From an uncultured delta proteobacterium (GTDB lineage Bacteria; Myxococcota; Myxococcia; Myxococcales; Myxococcaceae): 64,000 nucleotides of DNA. Below the pieces are notes generated by a model, which made no database searches, was not told the DNA's origin, and saw only the letters and a list, made by a program, of their open reading frames with translations. This document shows positions 42,135 through 51,226 of the stretch, in pieces (positions within the stretch are counted from its first letter, which is position 1; each line of letters opens with the position of its first letter). A program made the position numbers and the translations under genes. The DNA lies in the NCBI GenBank assembly GCA_963771175.1, contig CAVYSY010000051.1, positions 64,001 to 128,000 of the forward strand. The letters are read 5' to 3'.

Positions 42135-43742
42135 TCACCTGGAGTAGTCAGCGGCCTGCGCGGGAGGCGCTCCCTGGGTGAAGCGGCGCAGGTCCGCGCG
42201 GAGCACCTCGTTGAAACGGAACGGCTCGGGGCAGGCCTTCGACTCGCAGACGGCGAGGTAGTCGTTGAAGAAGGCGAGCGCGCCGCGCGAGGAATAGTCA
42301 CGCAGTCGCTCGGGTCCCAGCGCCTCCTCCAGCGTCCAGGCCATGTGGGCTCCGACCCGGACGAAGAGCCAGTCCGACCGGGGCTCGTGGGCGGCGTGGA
42401 TGCGTTCGAGCGCCGCGCGCGGCGCCTTCGCGATGACGCTCCGATCGAGCATCTGTGTCACCTGCTCGAAGGCCGCTGGGAGCTCGCCCGCGCCGGGCAA
42501 GGTCCCCGGCCCTCGCGTGGCCCACTGGTAGTACGCGAGCCCGTAGCCGAAGACGCGTCCCAGGCCCTCGTTCACCACCGAGTCCGTCGAGTCCCTCAGG
42601 CGCGCGCTCACCCGGGCGCCGCCGTTCTCGAGCAGCAGCTCGATGATGCCGTAGGCGATGCGGCGCAGCGAGGCAGCCTGTCCCTCCACGTTGCTCGTCA
42701 GGGTGATCGCCACGTCCTCGCCGGGGAGCAGCAGGAGCAGCGTCGACGTCTCCGGCTGGGCCCCCGAGTGGGCCACCACGTAATGGCCTCGGAGTGGCCA
42801 GGTGGCGAAGCCCATGCCGTAGTCGGTGAGCTTCCCGTCCCGGGTCCACATCGAGGTCTGCATCCGGCCCATGCCGGCGCGTGACACCAGCCGGTAGTCG
42901 AGCAGCGCCCGGGCGAAGCCGAGCAGGTCCTCGATGGAGGCGCGCGTGCCTCCTCCGGCGAAGCGTCCGGACACGTCGATGACGCGCGAGGGCACCCGCT
43001 GCCCGTCCCGAATGCGATAGCCCGATGCGTGGTGCTCGTCGCGCGTGTGGCGGTCATCCAGCGCCGCATGCTCCATCCCGGCGGGCCCGAAGACGTTCGC
43101 CTGGAGGTACTCCGCGTAGCTCTGCCCCGAGCTGGCCTCGATGGCGGCGCCGAGCAGGTTGTACGCCCAGGTGCTGTAGATGAAGCGGGTGCCGGGCTCG
43201 GCCTCCAGCTCGTAACCGGCGACGAGGGCGATCGCGCCCGCGGTATCGACGGGGCCGCTGTCATGGCTCGGGCCGAAGCGGCCGTAGTTCGTCACGCCCC
43301 CGAGGTGCCCGAGGAGCTGCCGCACCGTCACCGGCCAGCGCTTCTCCGGCCAGGTGGGCACCAGCGAGTGGATGTCGGCGTCGAGGTCGAGGCGCCCCTG
43401 CTCCACGAGCTGCATCACGGCCACGGCGGTGAAGGACTTGGTGATGGAGGCCATCCGCCAGGTGGTGCGCGGTGTCGCCGGCAGGTTCCTCGCCACATCG
43501 CGCAGTCCGTAGGTGCCCACCCAGCGGTTGTTGCCGTGCAGCACGCCCACCGCGAGGCCCGCGTGCGGCTCTCGGGAGAGCTCAGCGCGCACGAGTGCCT
43601 CGAAGGTCCGCTGCACCTCCTCGGGGAAGGGCTGCTCTACGTCCGGCGTGGCGGCGCGGGGGCGCTCGCACACCGGCACCCCGTGGGGCGCCGCCCATAC
43701 CGAGAGGCCCAGCAGGAGGACCGGAAGGAGCACCCCCTTCAC
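42135..43742 (-). CDS. Serine hydrolase (beta-lactamase/AmpC-like) with C-terminal extension
   Basis: SxxK (ASITK), LLGHLGG, FIYSTWAY, HSG; signal peptide from GTG 43742. Confidence 0.85.
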   Translation of the reverse strand: MKGVLLPVLLLGLSVWAAPHGVPVCERPRAATPDVEQPFPEEVQRTFEALVRAELSREPHAGLAVGVLHGNNRWVGTYGLRDVARNLPATPRTTWRMASITKSFTAVAVMQLVEQGRLDLDADIHSLVPTWPEKRWPVTVRQLLGHLGGVTNYGRFGPSHDSGPVDTAGAIALVAGYELEAEPGTRFIYSTWAYNLLGAAIEASSGQSYAEYLQANVFGPAGMEHAALDDRHTRDEHHASGYRIRDGQRVPSRVIDVSGRFAGGGTRASIEDLLGFARALLDYRLVSRAGMGRMQTSMWTRDGKLTDYGMGFATWPLRGHYVVAHSGAQPETSTLLLLLPGEDVAITLTSNVEGQAASLRRIAYGIIELLLENGGARVSARLRDSTDSVVNEGLGRVFGYGLAYYQWATRGPGTLPGAGELPAAFEQVTQMLDRSVIAKAPRAALERIHAAHEPRSDWLFVRVGAHMAWTLEEALGPERLRDYSSRGALAFFNDYLAVCESKACPEPFRFNEVLRADLRRFTQGAPPAQAADYSR

Positions 43743-44056
43743 CGTGTGTTCCTCCGGGGCTCGTACCCGGCGTGTGTCTCGTCGGCTCTGATGTCGCGAT
43801 GCATGGGGAGAATGCTGGCGGGCTCCACCGTATCCGGATTTCGAACGTGACGGGCGTCTGTGGAGAAAAGGGACAACCCGTGGCGTTGACCGTCCCTTTT
43901 TTCCACGACCTGTCGAGCCTCTCAGAGTGTGTCGGAAGTGGAACACGAATTGCTGAGGCGTGACGGGTTTTACCGCCCGGGTCCTTGGAGTTCCAAGCTC
44001 CTCACCATTCCGAACATCAATCGCTCGCCCCTGGGCGAGTGGGAGGCATACACATC

Positions 44057-44878
44057 ATGAAGCTGTTCAATTCGCTGATGGCCGCGGCACTCGTCCTGTC
44101 CGTGTCCGGCTGCAAGAAGGTGGAGCGCATCGAGGTGAGCCCGGCGACGGTGGCGCTCTCCGAGGCGGGCCAGACGGCCGCCCTGACGGCCCAGGCGCTC
44201 ACCGCGGACGGCGAGCCGGTGGAGAAGGCGCAGTTCGAGTTTGCCTCCAGCGACGAGAAGGTCGCCACCGTGGACGCCACCGGCAAGGTGGTGGCGGTGA
44301 AGAGCGGCTCGGCCAGCATCACCGTGAAGGCCAGCGAGAAGAGCGCCACGGCCGCCGTGGAGGTGAGCATCCCCTCCGCCATCATCATCAAGGGCGCGCC
44401 CTTCGCCCTCACCGGTATCGGCTCGGAGGCGGTGGTGGACGCCGAGGTGCAGGATGACGCGAACCGTCCCGTGAAGGAGGCGAAGCTGGAGTACTCCGTC
44501 GCCGATGCCAACGTGGTGCAGCTCGATGGCAACCGGATGGTGGCCAAGGCCCCCGGCACCGCGACCGTGAAGGCGACGTCCGGCAAGCTGACGCAGACCT
44601 TCGAGGTCACCGTGAAGCTGCCCGAGGTGGACACCGTGGCCTTCGAGACCGTGCCCGCCACCCTGAAGGTGGGTGAGAGCGCGGCGCTGGCCGTGGTGGC
44701 CAAGGGCACCGACGGGGCCGCCATCCAGGGCGTGTCCTTCACCTACTCCAGCAGCGACGAGAAGGTCGCCACCGTGGACGCCACCGGCAAGGTGACGGCC
44801 GTCAAGGCGGGCGCCGTCACCGTCAAGGCCGAGGGTGGCAGCAAGGCCGCCGAGACGAAGCTCACCATCAAGAAGTAG
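44057..44878 (+). CDS. Ig-like (Big_2) repeat lipoprotein
   Basis: Lipobox VSGC; three repeats, two with SSDEKVATVDATGKV; SD GGAGG. Confidence 0.85.
   Translation: MKLFNSLMAAALVLSVSGCKKVERIEVSPATVALSEAGQTAALTAQALTADGEPVEKAQFEFASSDEKVATVDATGKVVAVKSGSASITVKASEKSATAAVEVSIPSAIIIKGAPFALTGIGSEAVVDAEVQDDANRPVKEAKLEYSVADANVVQLDGNRMVAKAPGTATVKATSGKLTQTFEVTVKLPEVDTVAFETVPATLKVGESAALAVVAKGTDGAAIQGVSFTYSSSDEKVATVDATGKVTAVKAGAVTVKAEGGSKAAETKLTIKK
44248..44794 (+). repeat. Exact 43-bp intragenic direct repeat (44248-44290 and 44752-44794)
   Basis: CAGCGACGAGAAGGTCGCCACCGTGGACGCCACCGGCAAGGTG occurs twice within the Big_2 gene. Confidence 0.85.
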
Positions 44879-44922
44879 GCAGTCCCCACGCCCGCTCTCC
44901 GCAGCCGTGGAGGGCGGGCGGT

Positions 44923-45729
44923 CTACCGGGCCGCGACGAACTCGAACGAGACCTGGGCCTCCTGGCCCTCCGTCACCGTCACCTGGGCCGTCTTCGTCCC
45001 GAGCGTCTCGTGCCAGGCCTCGAGGGTGTACGTCCCCGGCGGCACGCCCTGGAGGGTGAAGGCTCCATCCTCGCTGGAAGTGGCGAAGTACGGGTGCGGG
45101 CTCATCACCACGAAGGCGGTCATCCACGGGTGGATGTCGCACTTGAGGCGGATGATCTCCGCGTCCGCGGGAGGCTGGGCCTCCTTCGTCTTCAGGGGCG
45201 GCTGGGTCACGTTGAAGAGCTGCTTCTTCCCGGCCATGCCTCGCACGTTGTGCAGCGTGCCATCGCTGTTCATCAGCACGAGCGGCTGGCCGGCGACGGC
45301 GCCCTGCACGCGCGGCAGGTAGGTGCAGCGATTCTGGTCCACCACCACCATGGAGCTCGGCGGGGTGGTGGGCTGGCCGGGGACGTTGCCCCGCACGCGC
45401 ACGAGCACGTTGGCCAGCTTGCCGTCCTTCACGAGGACGGGCTGAGCCACCAGGTTCATGCCCTCGCAGTTGGGGTCCGTGCTCGGGTCGATGGGGGTGG
45501 CGGCCGGGGGCGTGCCCTTGAAGGTGACGATGCCTCGGACGGTGCCTCCGCCCTGGGGGGCGGAGGAGGTGTCCTCCTGGGGCAGGGGAGTGTCAGCGGG
45601 CAGCGGCGCGGCCCTGACGGCGGGAGCGGCCGCGATCGGGGCGGCGGGGGCCTCGTCCTTCTTGCAGGCCGTCACGGCGGAGAGCCCCACGGCACCGAGT
45701 ACCGTCAGGCCCAGCGTACGCAGATTCAT
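44923..45729 (-). CDS. Lipoprotein with carboxypeptidase-regulatory-like/cupredoxin-like domains
   Basis: Lipobox VTAC; DQNRCTYLPRV, NSDGTLHNV, KCDIHPWM, VPPGTYTLEAWHE. Confidence 0.75.
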   Translation of the reverse strand: MNLRTLGLTVLGAVGLSAVTACKKDEAPAAPIAAAPAVRAAPLPADTPLPQEDTSSAPQGGGTVRGIVTFKGTPPAATPIDPSTDPNCEGMNLVAQPVLVKDGKLANVLVRVRGNVPGQPTTPPSSMVVVDQNRCTYLPRVQGAVAGQPLVLMNSDGTLHNVRGMAGKKQLFNVTQPPLKTKEAQPPADAEIIRLKCDIHPWMTAFVVMSPHPYFATSSEDGAFTLQGVPPGTYTLEAWHETLGTKTAQVTVTEGQEAQVSFEFVAAR

Positions 45730-45748
45730 CGTGCAGTCCTCCTTCCAG

Positions 45749-46629
45749 TCAGTCCCGGGGCTCGCTGGCCCGAGGCATTGCCCGCCCGCTGCGGAACCCG
45801 CGCCATCGCACATAACGGGTGAAGTCGCTCACGAAGGTATCCGGGGACACTCCGATGGCGCTCTGGAAGGCCTCCGGGAAGTTCATTCCCCTCCGCATCT
45901 CGTCCAGGAGCGCGCGCACGGCGTCCTCGCCATAGCGCCGCACGAGGAAGGTGAAGGCGTGGTGGGCCACTCCGTAGATGAGGTTGGAGTCATCGCGGTA
46001 GAGGTCCCCCGGACTCCGGACGGGGTCGCTCCCGGGGACGCGCTCGAAGTGCCGGGCGATCTCCTCCAGCGACACCCATCGGTACGACTGCTCCGCCGTG
46101 TACGAGGCCATGCCCTCGCGGAACCACAGGGGAATCTGCTTGCGCGACCAGCCGAGCCGGTCCGACGCGAGCTGGTACATCAGGCTGTGGGTGAGCTCGT
46201 GCAGGAGGAGCTCGTTGATTTGAGGCTGGGTGGCCCCGGCCAGCCCCAGGTGGAGGGGGCCTGGACGAACACGTCGTCATAGCGGCTCCAGGCGCGCAGC
46301 CAGTCCATGCCGCGCTGCCGGACGGCGTTCTCCAGGGACTCGTGGTCGGGCATCACCTTGACGGTGACGGTCTCCTCGAGCGCGCCCCAGCGCGCGAGCC
46401 GGGGCAGGGCCTGCTCCACGGCCTGCTGGACGCGGGCGGCGTCCTGCGCGTCGGCGGGGGCGTACTCGATGAGGAACTGGCCGGAGGGGCCCGCGAGCTC
46501 CACCGAGGCCGACAGGGCCGGCTCCGCCGCCATCCTCTTCGCGGCGCAGCCCGACAGGAGTGCCAGCACCAGCACGGCCACGACTCCCGCTCCACCCTGC
46601 CCACTGCCGTTGCGCATCACGGTCCTCAT
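45749..46629 (-). CDS. Peptidase MA-like (gluzincin) lipoprotein; apparent frameshift at ~46245
   Basis: Lipobox LSGC; after the frame change LLLHELTHSLMY...PLWFREGMA (HExxH...EG); start overlaps the upstream stop. Confidence 0.7.
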
Positions 46630-47564
46630 TCTACGTCCAGCCAGCGGAGCACCGTACGGCCCACATCCGCCACGGTGGCCAGGGCCTCCAGTTCCGGCGC
46701 CGACGGTCCAAAGTAGAGCACGGGCACGGGGTTCAGGGTGTGTGAACGTGTGGTGAGGTTCTCCACGTTTCCATGGTCGCTGCACACCAGCACCCGGGCC
46801 TCGGCCGGCCGGGTGGAGATGACGGCCCGGGCGAAGGCATCGAAGGTGTCCAGGGCCTCGCGGGCGGCGGCGAAGTCCTGGGCGTGTCCGGCCTCGTCCG
46901 CCAGGTAGTGCTCGAAGAAGGTGAAGTCCGCCTCGCCGGCCACCCGCCAGAAGATGTCGGCGGCCTCGGCCGGGGTGCGCTGGGGGACGGCGGACATGCC
47001 CCGGGCCCGTGCCCGCTCCCCGGTGATGTCATGGGTGAGGCCCAGGCCGGCCCGGGCGTCCTCGAGGGTGCGCAGGGCGACGTCGCCGGCGGCGAAGGCC
47101 AGCGTGGTGGCCGAGGCCTTCAGGCGCCGGAGGGCGGCCGGGGTGAGGGTGAACTCGGGGGCGCTGCTGGAGGGGCGCCGGTTCAGCTTCAGCGCGTCCA
47201 GGTAGGCCACGGGATAGCTGTTGGCGAAGGTGGCGCTGCGGCCCGCGGTCACCAGGCGCTTGACGATGGAGTGTTGCGCGAGGATTTCGCGCAGGGGCTT
47301 GTCCGGGTAGCCCAGCACGTGCCGGCCGATGAGGACGGGAGCGGGCTGGCCGGTGAGGATGGCCGTCTGGTTGGAGGCGGACTGCGGACGCCCGGCGACG
47401 CCGAAGGTGGGGTCCACCGGGAAGCACCGGCCGCTCTCGGGGAGCGTGGGGCCGGATGCGTCCTGGAAGTGGGACACGAGGTAATCACGGCCAGCGAGCG
47501 GATTCTCCTCCGGGTCGTTTCGTCCGATGCCAACCCCGTCGATGAAGAGGATCGCGACGCGCAT
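46626..47564 (-). CDS. Metalloenzyme superfamily protein (phosphoglycerate mutase/phosphopentomutase-like)
   Basis: LFIDGVGIG, PQSASNQT, DEAGH, SDHGN, HTLNPVP. Confidence 0.85.
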   Translation of the reverse strand: MRVAILFIDGVGIGRNDPEENPLAGRDYLVSHFQDASGPTLPESGRCFPVDPTFGVAGRPQSASNQTAILTGQPAPVLIGRHVLGYPDKPLREILAQHSIVKRLVTAGRSATFANSYPVAYLDALKLNRRPSSSAPEFTLTPAALRRLKASATTLAFAAGDVALRTLEDARAGLGLTHDITGERARARGMSAVPQRTPAEAADIFWRVAGEADFTFFEHYLADEAGHAQDFAAAREALDTFDAFARAVISTRPAEARVLVCSDHGNVENLTTRSHTLNPVPVLYFGPSAPELEALATVADVGRTVLRWLDVE

Positions 47565-47597
47565 GGCGCCCGACTGTATCCTCGATGCGAGATACCC

Positions 47598-48680
47598 ATG
47601 GCCCTTCACGGCGACTTCTCCAGCTTCCCCCTGCCCGAACTGCTCCAGTGGTTGGATAGCTCCCGGAAGACGGGGACGCTCCAGCTCCTTTCCTGGGAGG
47701 GGGGCGAGCGCAAGCTCTTCCTGCTCTCGGGGCAGGTGCTGGCCATGGCCCACGAGGGGCTGTGGGGGCGGGTGGCCCGGGTGCTGTCCCTGGCGAGGCT
47801 GGCGGATGGCGCCGACGTGGTGGCGGCCTTCAAGGCGCTGCCGCCGGGGGGCGAGGAGCTGGAGTCCCTCTTCCGCGCCCACAAGGTGGATCCGAAGCAG
47901 GTCCGCGAATTGGCGCGCGAGGAGCTGTTGGGCTCGATGGTGGACCAGACGCGAGGGGGCCACGGCGCCTTCCACTGGACGGAGGATCTGGACCGAGGGG
48001 GCGAGGAGTGGGCTCCCTGCGAGATGAGCCTCCGGGAGCTGCTCTTCGAGTCGCTGCGTTGGGTGGACGAGCAGCCGGACGTGGACCGGGCCCTGCCGGG
48101 GGATGCGCTGACGGTGCGCTCGCGCGTGCAGCCGAGCCCGCGCCAGCCGCTGATGCACCGCATCCTGCTGACGCTGTGCGCGGGCGGGCAGAACCTGGGG
48201 CGGCTGCGGCTGTCGCTGGGGATGTCGCGCTCGGCCACCACGCGCCGCGTCTTCGAGCTGCTGCGGGCCAAGCAGGTGGAGGTGGAGGGGGCGCCGGAGG
48301 TGGTGGTGGACCCCGTGACGGACATGCTCGAGAAGGGCGCGGTGCTGGTGCGCGAGGGCCAGTACGACGCGGCGGAGCTGGTGTGCTCGGCGCTGCTGGC
48401 GAGCGACCCGGCGGACCGGCGGGTGCGCGAGTTCACGAGGATGGTGCAGAGCGAGCACGTGGCGGCGCTCTACTCGGAGCTGCCCCCGCTGACGGTGCCG
48501 GTGCTGGTGCCGGACCCGGAGACGCAGTCGTTGCTCAAGCCCGAGGAGCGGCAGGTGATGGCGAACATCAACGGCTCCTGGGACGTGTCGACGCTGGTGC
48601 TGGCCAGCCCGGCGCGCGAGCTGGACACCCTGAAGACGCTGGCCAAGCTGGTGCGGATGGGCCTGCTGCGACTGCGCTGA
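47598..48680 (+). CDS. DUF4388 domain protein
   Basis: LHGDFSSFPLPELLQWLDSSRKTGTLQL, GAFHW, LLFESLRWVDE. Confidence 0.8.
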   Translation: MALHGDFSSFPLPELLQWLDSSRKTGTLQLLSWEGGERKLFLLSGQVLAMAHEGLWGRVARVLSLARLADGADVVAAFKALPPGGEELESLFRAHKVDPKQVRELAREELLGSMVDQTRGGHGAFHWTEDLDRGGEEWAPCEMSLRELLFESLRWVDEQPDVDRALPGDALTVRSRVQPSPRQPLMHRILLTLCAGGQNLGRLRLSLGMSRSATTRRVFELLRAKQVEVEGAPEVVVDPVTDMLEKGAVLVREGQYDAAELVCSALLASDPADRRVREFTRMVQSEHVAALYSELPPLTVPVLVPDPETQSLLKPEERQVMANINGSWDVSTLVLASPARELDTLKTLAKLVRMGLLRLR

Positions 48681-48684
48681 AGCG

Positions 48685-49844
48685 CTACTCCGCCGCGGGC
48701 GTGGGCAGCCCGGCCGCGTGGAGCCGGGAGAAGATCTGCATCACCACGTAGAGCGCGAAGGCCGCGTCATCCACCCGGTTGCTGGAGCGCGCCGCGAGCG
48801 TCTGCAGCTTGAGCAGATCGCCGCCGTCCACCTGGAGCAGGTACGCCTGGGTCCCCAGCGGCCCCTCACCGGCGAAGGTGAGCCCGCGCCGGGCGGCATC
48901 GAGGCAGGCCTGGATGCACGTCCCATAATCACCGGAGGAGAAGGCCCCCTCGGCGGCTCGGGCGTGGTCGAACAGGTCCGAAGGAGCGAGCGCGCTGGCG
49001 GGCCCGAGGGGCCGCTGCCCGGTGAGGCCAGGGGGCGCGACGGCCGGAGCCACCTGGGGGACGACGGCCGGCATGCTGCGGGACGGTCGCGGCACCGCGT
49101 GAGCCGTGGCCGTGGCCGTGCCGTGGCCGTGGCCGGAGTGGGGACCGCGGGAGCCCGACCCGCGAGCTGGGTGAGCTGGGCCTCCAGCCCGCCGCCTCCA
49201 GCCTTGGGGGCACCTGGCGAGGGCGCCGCCGGGGTGGCCGTGCGGGGCGGGGGGACGATGCGCTTGACGCGCAGATCCTGGATGACGAGCCGGGTGATGG
49301 CCTTGAGGGCGTCCATCACGCCGCGGCCGCTGATGGCCTCGGTCTCGAAGTCGGGGACGTTGCGGGGGTTGAGCGCGGCGCGCAGTTCCGCCACGGGGAG
49401 GGCCTTGGGGATGTCGCGCTTGTTCCACTGGAACACCAGCGGGAAGCGCTCCAACCGGACGCCCTGCTCGAGCAGGTTCTCCTCCAGGTTGGCCAGCGAC
49501 TCGCGGTTGGCGTCCATCATCTCCGGCTGCGAGTCCGCCACGAACACCACGCCGTCGGCGCCCTGGAGCACCAGCTTGCGGGTGGCGTTGTAGAAGACCT
49601 GACCGGGCACCGTGTACAGCGCGAGCCGCACGGTGCAGTCGTTCACCCGCTCGACCTTCACGGGGAGGAAGTCGAAGAAGAGCGTCCGGTCTCCCTCGGT
49701 GGCGATGGACATCATCTCGCCGCGATGCGCGGGGCGTACGGTCTCATAGACTTTGCGAAGGGACGTCGTCTTGCCGGACAGACCCGGTCCGTAGAAGACG
49801 ATCTTCACCGCCACTTCGCGGGCCACCAGGTTCACGCTGCTCAC
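48685..49844 (-). CDS. MglA-family small GTPase with C-terminal extension; apparent frameshift at ~49085-49130
   Basis: KIVFYGPGLSGKTT, DRTLFFDFLP, LYTVPGQVFYNATRKLVL, NKRD; Pro/Ala linker, then a helical domain in another frame ending at TAG 48685. Confidence 0.82.
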
Positions 49845-50986
49845 GGTGTCAGCTTACCTAGAACGACTCGCCGTCTCGCGCCAGTTGCCGATGGAACATT
49901 CGACGGGGTGCCCGAGAGGTGCTCGTTCGCCAGGAGGGCGAAGCAGACGGCCTCCTTGGCCCCCTCCGGCAGTCCCAGCACGTCCAGGGTGCGGACGGGG
50001 AGGGGGGCGAGCCTCTCCGTCAGGCGCTCCATCAGCACCGGGTTGCGGGTGCCGCCGCCGGAGACGTACACCGCCTCCAGGTGGAAGCGCGGCAGGAGCC
50101 ACCGCTCGTAGGCGCGGGCCGTGGCCTCCACCGTGAAGTCCACCGCCGTGGCCATCAAGTCGTAGGGGCGCGAGCCGCCGTGGCGCTCCCACAGCCGGGC
50201 CACCAGCGCGTCGCCGAAGCCCTCGCGGCCGGCGCTGCGGGGCGGGGGCAGGGCCAGGAAGGGGTGCGCGAGCAGCTCCTCGAGCAGCTCCGGCATCACC
50301 CGGCCCTGGCGCGAGAGGTTCCCGTCCAGGTCGCACTGGAGCCGGCCCTGGGTGGCGAGCCGGGCCAGCCCGTCCAGCACCATGTTGCCCGGCCCGGTGT
50401 CGAAGGCGACGGTGTCCTCCAGCCGGTCGCCCACCACGCTCACGTTGCCGATGCCCCCGAGGTTCTGCAGCGCCCGCGTCACCCCGGGCTTCCGGAACAG
50501 GGCCCAGTCCAGGTAGGGCACCAGCGGCGCGCCCTGGCCCCCCGCGGCCACGTCCCGGGTGCGGAAATCACTGACGACGGGGATGCCGGTGCGCTCGGCG
50601 ATGACGGAGGACTCGCCGAGCTGCAGCGTGGAGGGCGTGTTGGACAGGCTCGCCGGGAGGTGGGCCACCGTCTGCCCGTGCGAGCCGATGACGTCCACGT
50701 CCTCGGGGCGGTGGCCCGCCCGGGAGATGACCTCCAGCGCGGCCTGGGCGAAGTGCTCACCGAGGGCGAAGTTGAGCTCGCACAGGGCGCGGGCGTCGTT
50801 GGCGCTCAGCACCCACTGGGTGAACTCGGGTGCGAAGGGCCGGGAGACGTGGGCCAGGAGGGAGATGCGGACCTCGGGGCCGGTGCCCTCGATGCGGCAC
50901 AGCACCGCCTCCACCGCGTCCACGCTGGTGCCTGACAGCAGGCCGATACACAGGCGCGAGTTGGGAGGAAGCGCTCTCGAGTCCAT
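49841..50986 (-). CDS. anmK: Anhydro-N-acetylmuramic acid kinase
   Basis: GLLSGTSVD, GSHGQT, DFRTRDVAAGGQGAPLVP, NLGGIGN, FDTGPGN, KEAVCFA. Confidence 0.93.
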   Translation of the reverse strand: MDSRALPPNSRLCIGLLSGTSVDAVEAVLCRIEGTGPEVRISLLAHVSRPFAPEFTQWVLSANDARALCELNFALGEHFAQAALEVISRAGHRPEDVDVIGSHGQTVAHLPASLSNTPSTLQLGESSVIAERTGIPVVSDFRTRDVAAGGQGAPLVPYLDWALFRKPGVTRALQNLGGIGNVSVVGDRLEDTVAFDTGPGNMVLDGLARLATQGRLQCDLDGNLSRQGRVMPELLEELLAHPFLALPPPRSAGREGFGDALVARLWERHGGSRPYDLMATAVDFTVEATARAYERWLLPRFHLEAVYVSGGGTRNPVLMERLTERLAPLPVRTLDVLGLPEGAKEAVCFALLANEHLSGTPSNVPSATGARRRVVLGKLTP

Positions 50987-51226
50987 GCCCTCAAGTGTAA
51001 GGGCCAGCTCCCACGGATGCCGTCTCTCGGGGGGAGCGGACGACGAGATTGGTCACTTCCCGTACGAAATTTGTCACCCCCTGTCAGGGCAGGCGGGCAG
51101 GCATCAAGGATTCTGGAGGGTTGGACGGCGCCAGACAGCGGCACGATGCCTGCTAGGGAGCCCGCCGCCCGGGCAAGCCTTCCAATTCCTGTCGTAATCA
51201 AGCACTTCCATCCATCCAGGAAAAAT

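Noticed and set aside
49103..49135. GCCGTG hexamer run as a phase-variation tract
   Set aside because: Short and imperfect, encodes a Thr/Ala linker; the single irregular unit fits the window-wide indel errors.
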